Counted from the first letter of the stretch, positions 30,693 through 41,872 are shown. The stretch: 64,000 bases of DNA from Candidatus Latescibacterota bacterium (GCA_963707635.1 OY970173.1:768001-832000), one strand, 5' to 3'. A program made the numbers and translations. The notes: generated from the sequence alone by a model not told the origin.

Positions 30693-31545
30693 CTATCTCA
30701 CCGTCACCACACAACGAAATCCGAGGTTGAACTCGCGAATGCCGGGCGGTTTGGGGGCGCGGTAGGACGACACCAGTCGGCCGGGAGCACCTTGGTTGAA
30801 CGACGCACCCCGTATAACGCGCGTTTCTCGCTCGGCGTTATACCAATCGCTGCACCACTCCCAGACATTTCCTCCCAGGTCATGGATTCCGAGCCGATTG
30901 ACGGTGTAGCCGCCCACCCTGGCCGTGAACATGACGCCGTCGGTATAGCCGTTGATCGTCCCAGACCAACCATCCCCTTCGCCTGAATAGTTTCCGCTTC
31001 CTTTTGGTGGCGGATACCCGGATCCCCAGGGATAAACATCTTCTATCTTCCTGTCTTTGTCCTCGGGGGTTGCTCCTGATTCGGCTGACAAACCCACCGC
31101 CCGGCTCCATTCTGCATCCGTGGGCAAGCGGAACTCTTGTCTCGCCGACAGCTTTCCCGCCGCTCGCTCTTTCTCCGTCAGCCACCGGCAGAATGCCTCG
31201 GCATCGTTCCAGTTCACGTGGGTAACCGGATGCAACGGCGTCTGCGAAAATACAGCGTCTGGGTCGGGGTTGAAGCCGCGCGAGGCAACCCCGGGGGCGC
31301 TCCAACCATCGCCCGCGTTGTAGCCTGTCGCCTTCACGAAGGCTTCGAAATCCTGCACCCGCGTCTCCCAGATGCAGAAGAGGACGTTCGTCCCGGGCAC
31401 CAGCACGAACTTCATGCCGAGGGAATTTTCCCACGGCTCACCGGGGCGGAGTGGCAGGCGCCGCATTTTCTTTCCGCGAACCGCCGGCGCATGCGAGAAC
31501 GGCGGCGAAAACAAGCAACGCTGAGCAAACGCGGGGAGCTTTCAT
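30693..31545 (-). CDS. Formylglycine-generating-enzyme (FGE-sulfatase/SUMF1) domain lipoprotein, apparent frameshift near 31450
   Basis: HPVTHVNWNDA, RLPTDAEW, DLGGNVWEW, LGFRC; signal/lipobox (MKAPRV...VLAC) in adjacent frame. Confidence 0.8.
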
Positions 31546-31644
31546 GGGAGAATCAGGTTCCACAGACTTGCCCTTGTCGTAGCCATCAAGCGCGTCGGCC
31601 CCTTTATAGTCCAAGCCCGAATCCTCTTCAACCTTGTTTGCGAT

Positions 31645-31814
31645 GAGCCCGCTCGGGCATGCCACGCAGCGTTCATCTTGTTAGGCAGCAGGTTACGCAC
31701 TACTATCTGCAGACTGCGGGCCGAATCGACGACCCGGTCGAATTTTGTGAAGCAGCCTACGCGGTTGGATTGTGGGCGGGCAGCCGTACAAGCTCGATAG
31801 AAGACTAGTTAGCC
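31645..31814 (+). repeat. attI-like module, copy R2
   Basis: ATGCCACGCAGCG...TCTTGTTAGG...GATAGAAGACTA-GTTAGCC. Confidence 0.75.
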
Positions 31815-31831
31815 CGCTTCAGGAGCACGTA

Positions 31832-32392
31832 ATGCGACCCCTTCGGTATTCCATCAACGTCACATTGGACGGATGCTGCGATCATCGTGAAGGGGTCGTG
31901 GACGAAGACTTGCATCGTCACGCGGCCGAGAACATCGCGCAGGCCGATGCCCTCCTCTTTGGCCGCGTGACTTACGAAATGATGGAGGCGGCGTGGCGGC
32001 CGCTGGCGCGGACGGGAGTGAGGCCTGATTGGATGGAACCTTGGATGGAACCCTTCGCCCGTACGATCGACGCGGCAAAGAAGTACGTCGTGTCGAGCAC
32101 CCTGGGTCGGGTCGATTGGAACGCGGAGCTCGTGCGCGGGGAAGTGGGGAAGGCCGTTCAGCAGCTCAAGCGGGAGTCGGGCAAGGGACTGTTCGTGGGG
32201 GGCGTGAAGCTCCCGCAGGCGTTGGCGGAGCTGGGATTGATCGATGAGTACGAGTTCGTCGTGCATCCTAGGGTAGCGGGCCATGGGCCGACGTTGTTCG
32301 CGGGGTTATCGAAGCGTGTCGACTTGAAGCTCGTGAGCCGACTGGAGTTCCGCTCGGGGGTGGTGGCGATGAAGTATAAGCCGCGAAGGTAG
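31832..32392 (+). CDS. Dihydrofolate reductase / RibD C-terminal domain protein
   Basis: SINVTLDG, LLFGRVTYE, GLIDEY; AGGAG RBS. Confidence 0.88.
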   Translation: MRPLRYSINVTLDGCCDHREGVVDEDLHRHAAENIAQADALLFGRVTYEMMEAAWRPLARTGVRPDWMEPWMEPFARTIDAAKKYVVSSTLGRVDWNAELVRGEVGKAVQQLKRESGKGLFVGGVKLPQALAELGLIDEYEFVVHPRVAGHGPTLFAGLSKRVDLKLVSRLEFRSGVVAMKYKPRR

Positions 32393-32411
32393 CCTTCCAG
32401 GAGTCCCAGGC

Positions 32412-32834
32412 ATGACGCTCACCAAAGTTGTTTGCCTCGTTTATGGCCTCTTCGGCATCCTCTATGTCCTCATCGGCGTCGGGTCTATGTTGCTGCCCAC
32501 CGGTTGGCTCCCGCAAATCCTGCAAGGCGACTTGGCTCGGGAAGCGTCGAGCCCCTTCGTCGAGCACCTACTCCAAGAATTCGGCACGGTAGTTCTTGCA
32601 CTCGGCTTGGTATTTCTCTGGTACGCGCGCGGCAAGGAGCAGAATCCCGGCTTTCACTGGGCAGTGACCTGCTACTTCGCATTGGATGCCTTGATCCATT
32701 GGGTCGGCCCCGAAGGGCTGATCGGCTCTTGGTCACGGGGCATCATCAATTCCATTCCGTTTGCGCTAATGCTGTTACTCGGATTGCTTCAGTTGCGGGC
32801 GTCAAGGCGAAGAGAGGTGCCGAGTGCCGCCTAA
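32412..32834 (+). CDS. Membrane protein (about 4 TM), cassette-type; stop codon within GCCTAAC
   Basis: AGGAG RBS; hydrophobic; attC left-arm-like sequence at 32829. Confidence 0.7.
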   Translation: MTLTKVVCLVYGLFGILYVLIGVGSMLLPTGWLPQILQGDLAREASSPFVEHLLQEFGTVVLALGLVFLWYARGKEQNPGFHWAVTCYFALDALIHWVGPEGLIGSWSRGIINSIPFALMLLLGLLQLRASRRREVPSAA

Positions 32835-32892
32835 CAAACAGTTGGACGGACCGTGGAACGGTGTCGCGGGCCCACCCATCCAACCTTCATTC

Positions 32893-32941
32893 CTCCCCTA
32901 GGGAAGTAGCAAGATGGCAACGAATCCCTGTTTGTGCGGAT
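32893..32941 (+). repeat. comM-array att arm + first 9 codons of comM fragment (truncated)
   Basis: CTCCCCTAGGGAAGTAGCAAGATGGCAACGAATCCCTGTTTGTGCGGAT. Confidence 0.75.
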
Positions 32942-33029
32942 ACGTTCTGGTGACGTCGCTGGTCATGCCGTACTATTGACGAACTGCCTGTTCGAACTGA
33001 GAACTCGTTTACGCGCGCTCCGTGAGACT

Positions 33030-35667
33030 ATGGCCCTTTCAATCGGAACTCGCCTCGGTCCGTACGAGATCACCGCTGCCCTGGGTGCGGGCGGAATGGG
33101 AGAGGTTTATCGCGGGCGCGATACGAAGCTGAATCGCGACGTCGCGCTGAAGATCCTGCCCGAGCCGTTCGCGTCGGATCCGGAGCGCCTGGCGCGCTTC
33201 CGTCGCGAGGCACAGCTGCTCGCCTCCTTGAATCACCCGCACATCGGCGCGATCTACGGCTTCGAGGAGTCGCAAGGAGTCGGCGCGCTGGTGCTGGAAT
33301 TGGTCGAAGGCACCCACGCTCGCGGATCGGATTGCACGCGGCCCGATTCCTCTCGAAGAAGTCATTCCGATGGCGCGACAGATCACCGACGCATGCGAAG
33401 CGGCGCACGCGCAGGGCATCATTCACCGCGACCTCAAGCCGTCCAACATCAAGCTGCGCCCGGATGGCGAGATCAAAGTTCTCGACTTCGGTTTGGCCAA
33501 AGCCACGGATGCGACACCCGTCACTGGTAACGACGCGTCCCAGTCACCCACCATCACCAGTCCGTCGATGACACGAGCGGGAGTGATCCTGGGGACGGCA
33601 GCATACATGAGTCCCGAGCAAGCGAAGGGTCGCGTCGCCGACCAGCGCAGTGACATCTGGGCGTTCGGGTGCGTGTTGTTCGAGATGCTCACCGGGAATC
33701 GCGTATTCCACGGTGAGGACGTGGCGGAGACACTGGCTGCGGTATTAACGAAGGAGCCCGACTGGACCCTGCTCCCGTCGGATACGCCACTGTCAATCCG
33801 GCGCGTTCTTCGTCGCTGCCTGGCGAGAGACCGGAAACGACGGCTCGCCGACATGGCGGACGTTGGAATCGAGCTCGATGATAGCGTGACCGGAGGCGCG
33901 GAACCCGGAGCGCTTTCTACGTCGCCACATCGATGGATTCCGTGGTCGATCGCGGGCGTGTCTGCCGCCATCGCGCTTTGGCTCGCGGTAAGCACGGTCT
34001 TCGATCGACCGGCCCGCGATACGCGCGTGGTTCGCAGTTCGATTCTGCTTCCGAGTGGGCTGGGAGTGCGCTCGGGCGGCACATCGGGTGCTACCCTCGC
34101 GCTTTCGGCCGACGGCCGGCGCCTGGCGTTCGTCGGCATGGACACGACTGGACACCGCCAGTTGTGGATGCGCACGCTCGACGGTTCCTCGCCCCGGCCA
34201 CTCGCCGACACCGAGGGCGCAAACTCGCCATTCTGGTCGCCCGACGGTCGATGGCTTGCGTTCGTCGCGGACGGGAAACTCAAGAAACTCGATCCATCAG
34301 GGGGTCAGGCCATCACATTGTGCGAGTCGGCCCAGAGTGGTGGTGCCTGGAATCGTGACGACATCATCCTCTTCACGCAGATCAATGGGCCGTTGGCCCA
34401 GGTCCGAGCATCGGGCGGCGCCCCATCGACCGTTACCACGCTTGCAGCCGAAGACTTTCGGCACGCGCATCCGATCTTCTTACCTGACGGCGACCATTTC
34501 GGGTACGTCGCGTTCGGACTCGGGTTTGAGGTGGCCGTCTGCGTCGCCTCGCTGACGTCAAGCGAGCGAACGCAGTTACCCCTGGACGCCGTCTTCGTAC
34601 AGTATGCGCAAGGCTTCCTGCTGTTCGCACAAGGAAGCACGCTCATGGCCCAACGGTTCGACGAGCGGCGCAATGCGCTTGTCGGCGCGGCCGTGCCCGT
34701 TGCGGAGCAACTTCGGGTCGACTATGGCTCGAGAAGCAGACACTTCAGCGTATCAGCCACGGGCGTGCTCGTGTTCCAGGAAGATCCGTCCCCGGGATTC
34801 GATCTCGTTTGGTACGACCGTCAGGGGAGACCAGTTGGGACACTCGGAACCGCGGCCGACTACTCGGATGTGTCGCTCTCGCCCGACGGACGAAGGTTGT
34901 TGGTCTCAATCGCGGAGCCGGGTACGACGAACCGCGATCTGTGGATGTTCGACGTGGCGCGGGATCTCCGTACTCGCTTCACGGTCAGTCCCGAGCAGGA
35001 GACGCACAATATCTGGTCGCCCGACGGCAAACGGATCGCGTACGACTCCTTGCGAAAAGGGCATCGTGACATGTTTCTAAAGGCCTCCGACGGTTCCGGA
35101 GACGAGGAGGTCTTGCTCGAGACCGAGTTCGATGAGAACCCCATGGACTGGTCTCCCGACGGCCGGCTCATCTCATACATCAGGCGAAGTGCCCAAACCG
35201 TGAATATCTGGATGTTGCCACTCGATGGTGATCGGAAACCCTTCCCATTCCGGGAATCATCTTTCTTCGAAATCGGAGGAAGGTTTTCGCGTGACGGGCG
35301 CTGGGTGCTCTACGTCTCGACCGAATCAGGCAGGAGTGAGGTCTACGTCTCGCGGTTTTCTAGGCCGGGTGAGAAGCTGCAAGTCTCGGCGACCGGCGGC
35401 ACCGACGCAAGGTGGGGTCCTGCTGGGAAGGAGATCTTCTACTTGTCGCTCGACGGCAAACTGATGGTTGCCACCGTGTCGACGGACGGCGATCAGTTTC
35501 GTGTCGGCGAGGTGAAGCCAATGTTCGAGCTGCAGAAGATCGGGCCGCGATTCACCTATGATATCTCGCCTGACGGTCAGCGCTTTATTGCCGTGACGCG
35601 GAAATGGGAGTCTGTCTCCGCTCCGCTCGTGCTCGTGGACAACTGGCCGGAACTCCTGGAGCAATGA
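33030..35667 (+). CDS. Ser/Thr protein kinase with TM and TolB/PD40 beta-propeller; +1 frameshift near 33312
   Basis: LGAGGMGEVY, VALK, HRDLKPSN, DFG, YMSPEQ; WSPDG repeats. Confidence 0.9.
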
Positions 35668-35744
35668 TCCAGGCACAAAGCGCATGGCACTGGCTTTGAA
35701 GCAGAGGACTCGTGACGAAGGCTGTGAAGGCCGCGCCCTCTCGC

Positions 35745-35834
35745 TTCCCTAAAGAACCAGCAGAAAGGCAACGAACTGTTGTAGTTGGGCTGCGGGCGGG
35801 CAGCAGATCAGAATCGATAGAAGACTAGTTAGGC
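35745..35834 (+). repeat. comM att arm fused to attI-like module R3
   Basis: CCCTAAAGAACCAGCAGAAAGGCAACGAAC-TGTT-GTAGTTGGGCTGCGGGC...GATAGAAGACTA-GTTAGGC. Confidence 0.75.
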
Positions 35835-35864
35835 GTCGGGAACCGGCAATCACGGACTATCTAT

Positions 35865-36281
35865 ATGGCCGAAAACAAGACCAAGCCCACCGACGCTAGC
35901 GTCGAGGACTACATCGCCTCAAGAGCCAACGCGCAGCAATGCACCGACTGCCGGGAGTTGATGGTTCTGCTCAAGAAAGTCACCCGGCACTCACCAAAAA
36001 TGTGGGGACCCAGCATCGTCGGTTATGGCTCCTACCGGTACACCTACGAGAGTGGACGAACTGGGGAATCCCCTTTGGCGGGCTTTGCCATCCGTGGCCG
36101 AGAACTGGTGGTCTACCTGTTGGCTGAAGGAGAGGAGCAAAAATCCTTGCTGTCCAAGCTTGGCAAGCACAAGATGAGCAAGGTTTGCCTGTACTTCAAG
36201 CAGCTTGCTGATCTTGATAGGTCGACGCTCGAAAAGCTTGTCGTCGGTTCGGTCGCGCAGGTAAGGCGGCGCTACGGGTAG
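35865..36281 (+). CDS. DUF1801 (YdhG-like) protein, integron gene cassette
   Basis: MAENKTKPT...MWGPSIVGYGSY...CLYFKQLADLD; bounded by GTTAGGC and attC. Confidence 0.88.
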   Translation: MAENKTKPTDASVEDYIASRANAQQCTDCRELMVLLKKVTRHSPKMWGPSIVGYGSYRYTYESGRTGESPLAGFAIRGRELVVYLLAEGEEQKSLLSKLGKHKMSKVCLYFKQLADLDRSTLEKLVVGSVAQVRRRYG

Positions 36282-36290
36282 AACGATGGC

Positions 36291-36350
36291 TCCTAACAAG
36301 TCATTCAAGCCGACGCCGCGTCGCGGCGCGGCTTAATTCAGGCGTTGGGC
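36291..36350 (+). other. Integron attC site (60 bp)
   Basis: TCCTAAC AAGTCATTCAAGCCGACGCCGCGTCGCGGCGCGGCTTAATTCAGGC GTTGGGC: inverse core, imperfect palindrome, core. Confidence 0.92.
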
Positions 36351-36381
36351 GGACCGGAGGGCGCATGGATCAGGAATCCTG

Positions 36382-36460
36382 ATGGCGGTCCCGGACTACC
36401 AGACGGTAATGCTGCCACTTCTTCGCTTCCTGTGACTCCGACTACTTCAGTGAGGAGTGA
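36382..36460 (+). pseudogene. mrr: Collapsed mrr restriction endonuclease cassette (N- and C-terminal ends only)
   Basis: MAVPDYQTVMLPLLRFL followed directly by DSDYFSEE*; followed by GTCCAAC attC left arm at 36470. Confidence 0.65.
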
Positions 36461-37220
36461 ACACACGCCGTCCAACTACAGCATGCAGCGGTACTGGAGG
36501 AGACCATGACCTATCCCCGGTGGGGTTGTAACCGCCATCGCGAGAGCCGCGCGACGCGGCGCCTCTTCATCCGATCTTAGTCGGCGGCGCGCTCGTCCCG
36601 TGGGTTACTGGCGCCTGCGTGAAGCTTTACCGCGACGCGCACGCAGCACGTGGACGTGGCCCTGGTCGGCGTTCCTCGGTCCGGGAAGGCTCGGACTTGG
36701 GCTCTTCTTAGCAGCCATTTCGGCGCTCCCCATGCAGCGTTCGCGAGCATCGCGCGGGACCATTCCCACGGGAAGCCTCCATTCCTCGGCAGTGTAGACA
36801 TGCGGAGGCGGCGGGCGGTGGTAAGTTGCAGTCTGGTTGGCGGGTGGATAGTATCGGCACGGTTCTTCTGGTCCCTGTTTTGGGATTTCCAAGAGATGTC
36901 GCTGGTCGCCGGCGCGCCGTTTCTAATTTTCTACGTTGGGATGGCATGATTGCGGGGTGAGACGCGCCGGGATGGCGGTGTGCACCCACGTTGTTTTCGC
37001 CCGGCGGCGCCACGATTGATGCCGCGGCGGGGTCACCGGGAGTTGCTGCCTAACGGGGCGAAGCCAGGGACAAAGCTTGGTTGGCGGGCACTGCATGTCC
37101 CCCTGCCCGGCAAGCGGCAGGCCGTACAATCTAATGGAGCCGATCGAAACTGGCCGCCTCATGGGGCCGAGGCTCCCGACGGCTACCGAGCGATCAACGA
37201 GCACGACCAGTCGCCCAGAA

Positions 37221-37707
37221 TTACTTCATCGCGTTTACGTGCTCCACGAACTGATCGACGGCGATCTCGGCGCCCAGGTAGAAGCCCAATGCCTTGTTCG
37301 TTTCGAGGTCCTCGTCATTGCGGTGCAGCGCCGTGAAGACGTAGTGAGTGCAGTCTCGCGGTTACCATAGTCACGATGGCAGTGATCGAGATGTCGTTAA
37401 AGACAGCCGGGCGATAGCCGGGGAACAACATCGAGATCCAGACCAGTTACTTTCATGGGAATAACGTCCAGGAAACAGCCGAGGTTGGGAATCCTGCACG
37501 TCTCCCTGTGGCCATGTCGATGCTGAAGATGCCGCCCGGTCGCACGTCCATTTCGGCTCGCGACACACGCCCCCCGGGCTTAGGCATATACCACTCCTTG
37601 AGATGCTCCGGTTTCGTCAACGCTTCCCAGACGAGCCGCTTGGGAGCGTCGATCAACCGTTGAATGGCGGAATCAAGTTTCGGATCGATCGTGAATTGCT
37701 TGTTCAT
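37221..37707 (-). pseudogene. SRPBCC/AHSA1 domain protein, frameshifted
   Basis: RLIDAPKRLVWEALTKPEHLKEW...MDVRPGG; reading frame broken. Confidence 0.7.
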
Positions 37708-38064
37708 GATTTTGATTCCTTCTCCTTGAGTTGTTTGACGTATTGGTCGAACCGGTCCAGTCGCGCTTCCCACAACTGACGACGCGCGGTCAGCCAGTCT
37801 TCAACGACCTTGCAACCGTCCGGGTGCGATCTCATACGTCCGCACCCGCCCGCGCTTTTTCGACCGCACCAGTCGGCTCTGTTCGAGCACCGAGAGGTGC
37901 TGCACGAACGATGGAAGTTGCATGTCGAACGGCGCCGCCAGTTCGGTGACGGTGGCTGGTCCGACAGACAGTCGCTCCAAAACTTTCCGCCGAGTCGGGT
38001 TGGCCAAGGCGTAAAACACGTCGTCAGCGGCTGAAGGATTGAACCATTTCCGATACCATCCCAT
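37704..38064 (-). pseudogene. ArsR-family regulator, frameshifted
   Basis: VFYALANPTRRKVL...QHLSVLEQSRLVRSKKRGR, then WEARLDRF in another frame. Confidence 0.75.
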
Positions 38065-38283
38065 GCCTGTGTTTCTGATCTGACCGGGGAAGTATAGAGC
38101 CATAGAATACTTCTGTCAATACCTAAGTATTGTCTTGAAGCGCCAACCTTCGCACGGAGACAAGAAGTCCGGCGAAGGCGGTTGCCCTTACATCGACTCG
38201 ACTGCGCGCGTGTGGCGAGCGTTCGATCTGCGCCAACGAACGCTGAAGCTGACGAACGATTTTCGGAATTGCGCGCGGCTGGT

Positions 38284-38427
38284 TTTGCGACGCACTTGCT
38301 GGAGTCCGGCACGGACATCCGGACGATCCAGGCACTGCTGGGGCACCGGGACGTGACGACGACGATGATCTACACGCACGTTCTGAACAAGGGCGGGCTC
38401 GGCGTGAAGAGCCCGTTGGACCGGTGA
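38284..38427 (+). pseudogene. intI: Integron integrase C-terminal remnant
   Basis: [47 protein letters not shown]: box II His, catalytic Tyr and IntI-type C-terminus. Confidence 0.88.
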
Positions 38428-38588
38428 TGTTGAATGCCACGCAGCGCTTATCTTGTTAGGCAGCAGGTTACGCAGTACAATCTACAGACTGCGCGCCGAA
38501 TCGACAACCCGGTCGAATGTAATGACGCAGCCTACGTAGTTGGGCTGCGGGCGGGCGGTAAACAAGATCGATAGAAGACTAGTTGGAC
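38428..38588 (+). repeat. attI-like module, copy R4, directly downstream of intI stop
   Basis: TCTTGTTAGGCAGCAGG...GTAGTTGGGCTGCGGG...GATAGAAGACTA-GTTGGAC. Confidence 0.75.
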
Positions 38589-38660
38589 GGCCAATGGGGG
38601 ATCGATGACTTCATCTAGGAGCGGCTCAGACTCTATTTCCAAGTACGATGGAGGACCATC

Positions 38661-39146
38661 ATGACGAAGATCACAAAGAACACGATTTGCCTCTGGTACG
38701 AATGCGATGGCGAGGAGGCGGCGCGATTCTATGCCAAGACCTTTCCCGATTCGTCCGTCGGCGCGGTGCATCGCGCGCCGGGCGACTTTCCGTCGGGCAA
38801 GCAAGGGGACGTATTGACAGTCGAGTTCTCCGTGATGGGTATTCCGTGCCTGGGGCTGAACGGTGGGCCCGCGTTCAAGCACAATGAATCGTTCTCGTTC
38901 CAGGTTGCCACGGAGGATCAGGCCGAAACCGATCGATATTGGAATGCGATCGTAGGCAACGGCGGCCAAGAGAGCGAGTGCGGTTGGTGCAAGGACAAGT
39001 GGGGTGTCTCCTGGCAAATTACGCCAATTGCGTTGATCAAGGCGTATACCAGCCCCGATCTCTCCGCCGCCAAGCGAGCATTCGATGCAATGATGACGAT
39101 GAAGAAAATAGACATCGCCGTGATCAAGGCGGCGGTTCGTGGCTAG
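38661..39146 (+). CDS. VOC family / PhnB-like (3-demethylubiquinone-9 methyltransferase domain) protein
   Basis: CLWY...LNGGPAFKHNESFSF...CGWCKDKWGVSWQI. Confidence 0.9.
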   Translation: MTKITKNTICLWYECDGEEAARFYAKTFPDSSVGAVHRAPGDFPSGKQGDVLTVEFSVMGIPCLGLNGGPAFKHNESFSFQVATEDQAETDRYWNAIVGNGGQESECGWCKDKWGVSWQITPIALIKAYTSPDLSAAKRAFDAMMTMKKIDIAVIKAAVRG

Positions 39147-39173
39147 AAGCCGACTGGAGTGGAGGTGTTGGGT

Positions 39174-39653
39174 ATGAATAGCGAACTACAGCGACTCGAG
39201 GAGCAACTGCGCCGCTCGTTGGAGGGTGGGGCCTGGCATGGCCCGGCGGTCCTGGAGGTGCTCGAGGACGTCTCGCCTGAGCAGGCCGATGCGCATCCGA
39301 TAGCCGGCGCACACAGCATTTGGGAATTGGTGCTTCATTTGGCGAGCGATTATCGTTTGGTCTTGCGGCGTCTGAATGGCGATGGCGCGCAACTAACGCC
39401 AGACGAGGATTGGCCGGCGGTGCCGCCCCCTACCCAGGAGAATTGGAGCGACACCATTCAACGCCTTCGTCAGTTGAGTCAGGACCTCAGGCGGGCTGTG
39501 CTTAACTTCTCCCCGGACCGTTTGGACGAACCCCTCGTTCCGGAGTCTCCCTACACCGCCTACGTTCAGTTCATCGGTGTCACGCAGCACGCGTTGTATC
39601 ACACCGGCCAGGTGGCCGTTCTCAAGCGCGCGCTACGCCCCGCACATGGATGA
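39174..39653 (+). CDS. DinB family protein
   Basis: WHGP, HSIWELVLH, HALYHTGQ. Confidence 0.85.
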   Translation: MNSELQRLEEQLRRSLEGGAWHGPAVLEVLEDVSPEQADAHPIAGAHSIWELVLHLASDYRLVLRRLNGDGAQLTPDEDWPAVPPPTQENWSDTIQRLRQLSQDLRRAVLNFSPDRLDEPLVPESPYTAYVQFIGVTQHALYHTGQVAVLKRALRPAHG

Positions 39654-39898
39654 CCGGTCTTCGCACACTTGACGAGCGGTTCTGCACGGGCTCCGGGCGG
39701 GCGGTACTCGCGGAAGCAGGAAACCAGGTGGAAGATGCGAGTGTTGAACGCCCTCTTTCTGCGGCGTCTCATGGCACGCAGGGCATTGCGTACCATTGAG
39801 GGCGTGAGGCGCCTGGCAGAAGCGACCTAGACCATGCGCCTCTGTAACCACAGGCCGCCCAACAACGGCATGCAGGAATGGCGCCTAATCGAGCCCGA

Positions 39899-40609
39899 TC
39901 AATGAGCCGAAGCGGACCCGACGACCAGGCCCTGGTTCGGCACCCACTTGTCGTATTCCATGTACTTCGCGGTGCCGAGTGCCGCTTCCTCTCCGTAGAG
40001 GCGTGAAACCAGGTGAAGAGCGCCGTCGATCCCGGCGGAGACCCCCGCCGTCGTAACGATCTGTCCGTTGTCCACGTAGCGCGTTCCGGTGTGGATCTTC
40101 GTTTTCGGTGCCGCTTTCTTCAGGTCGTCGACTTTGCCGTACCAGGTCGTGGCCTCCCGGCCGTCCAGCAGACCCGCCTTGGCAAGGATGAACGCACCCG
40201 TACATACCGACATCAGGATGGCGGACTCCTTGGCCGCGGACTGCGTCCAGGCGATCACCTTGGGGTTGCTGACGGACGATCCCGTGCTGCCCCCGGGTAA
40301 GACGATGATGTCGGGCTTGGGGCAATTCTCGATCGTGTACTGCGGCACGATCGTGATGAACCTCTGACTGATCACTGAGCCAGGGGCGGCCGCGACAGTG
40401 TAGACATTGAACGGCGAGATGTCTTCATCGCCCACACGCACCTCCGTCGATTCAAATACCTCCGCCGGACCTCCGAAATCGAGAATCTCGACACCCTCGA
40501 AGACGAATATCGCCACGTTCATCTTCTTCGTCTTTCCCTCCCCGGCCTGCGCCAGTACGCTCCCGACCGAAATCGCGAGAATCCCTAACGATACCAGGAT
40601 CGTTCGCAT
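39899..40609 (-). CDS. DJ-1/PfpI family protein (exported)
   Basis: GVEILDF, SVCTGA, TTAGVSAGID. Confidence 0.88.
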   Translation of the reverse strand: MRTILVSLGILAISVGSVLAQAGEGKTKKMNVAIFVFEGVEILDFGGPAEVFESTEVRVGDEDISPFNVYTVAAAPGSVISQRFITIVPQYTIENCPKPDIIVLPGGSTGSSVSNPKVIAWTQSAAKESAILMSVCTGAFILAKAGLLDGREATTWYGKVDDLKKAAPKTKIHTGTRYVDNGQIVTTAGVSAGIDGALHLVSRLYGEEAALGTAKYMEYDKWVPNQGLVVGSASAH

Positions 40610-40768
40610 GCTTCCTCCTTATGGACCAGATTGAGCCTGCCTGGACTTGTATACGTGGGGGCGAGCGCTCAGTTTCGGTTGCTGGGGGAAATTCATTTTA
40701 CACACTCACCCATGCGGGTACCACGGGTCGTCGATCAAACAGTCCAGTGCTCGCCGCTATTGATTCCT

Positions 40769-41872
40769 TCATTCTGACTCTACGGACATTGCTCTTGACG
40801 TGGGAGCCCTGTTCTCAAATCGAAACCAGTGCCGGGTACGGTTGCACGCCGAACAAACGGAGAGCATCACCGGCACTTCGACCAGTACGCCGACCACAGT
40901 TGCAAGCGCGGCGCCTGAGTCGGGTCCGAAAAGCGTGATGGCCACGGCGACCGCGAGCTCAAAGAAGTTGCTGGCGCCGATCAGCGCGCCGGGTGCCGCG
41001 ATCGAATGGGCGATCCGGAACCGGCGCATCAGCAGATATGTGAGTCCGGCGTTGAAATACACCTGAATTGTGATCGGCACGGCGATCAGGAGCACGTGGA
41101 ACCAGCGACTTGTTATGTTGTCCGCCTGGAATGCGAAGATGAGCACCAGCGTGGCGAGCAGCGCGACCGTCGTCACCGGGTGGAACGCGGGCAGGTAGAC
41201 GCGTTCGAACCACTCGCGCCCCTTGGACCGGATGAGCAGCACGCGGCTCAGGCTCCCGAGCACGAGTGGAATCACGATGAACGCCACCACGCTGTAGAGG
41301 AGCACCGCGAAGGGGACCCGCAGGCTGCTCGCACCGGCCACGAGCAGGCCCACGATCGGGGCGAACAGCACCAGCATGATGAGGTCGTTGAGCGACACCT
41401 GCACCAGCGTATACGCCGGATCGCCGTCGGTGAGATACGACCATACGAATACCATCGCGGTGCACGGCGCCGCGGCCAGAATAATCGTCCCGGCGACGTA
41501 CTGGTCTGCCAGCTCCGGCCCGATCCACGGCGCGAAGAGGTGCTTGAAGAAGACCCAGCCGAGCAGGGCCATCGAGAACGGTTTGACCAGCCAGTTGACG
41601 AAGAGCGTGACGAGGATGCCGCCCGGACGGCGGCGCACACCCATGATGCTCGCGAGATCGATCTTGAGCATCATCGGGTAGATCATGAGCCAGATCAGCA
41701 CGGCGATCGGCAGGTTGATCTGGCTTCCCGTCCCGAACTCGAGGCTTCGCAACGCAGCCACCAGCCCGGGAGCGACCTTTCCGAGCGCCACTCCTGCCAG
41801 CATGCACAACCCAACCCACAGGGTCAGGTAGCGCTCGAACACGCTGAGCCGTTTCCCCGCAGCCTCAATCAT
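40769..41872 (-). CDS. acr3: ACR3-family arsenite efflux transporter
   Basis: FERYLTLWV, APCTAMV, ASNFFELAVAVA, GVLVEVPVM. Confidence 0.92.
   Translation of the reverse strand: MIEAAGKRLSVFERYLTLWVGLCMLAGVALGKVAPGLVAALRSLEFGTGSQINLPIAVLIWLMIYPMMLKIDLASIMGVRRRPGGILVTLFVNWLVKPFSMALLGWVFFKHLFAPWIGPELADQYVAGTIILAAAPCTAMVFVWSYLTDGDPAYTLVQVSLNDLIMLVLFAPIVGLLVAGASSLRVPFAVLLYSVVAFIVIPLVLGSLSRVLLIRSKGREWFERVYLPAFHPVTTVALLATLVLIFAFQADNITSRWFHVLLIAVPITIQVYFNAGLTYLLMRRFRIAHSIAAPGALIGASNFFELAVAVAITLFGPDSGAALATVVGVLVEVPVMLSVCSACNRTRHWFRFENRAPTSRAMSVESE

Noticed and set aside
36506..37200. Possible degraded cassette gene(s) after the mrr remnant
   Set aside because: Hydrophobic fragments in several frames but no assignable family or consistent ORF.
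38182..38427. Functional 81-aa integrase
   Set aside because: Only the last 47 aa are IntI-like; the box I Arg and HxxR are missing.
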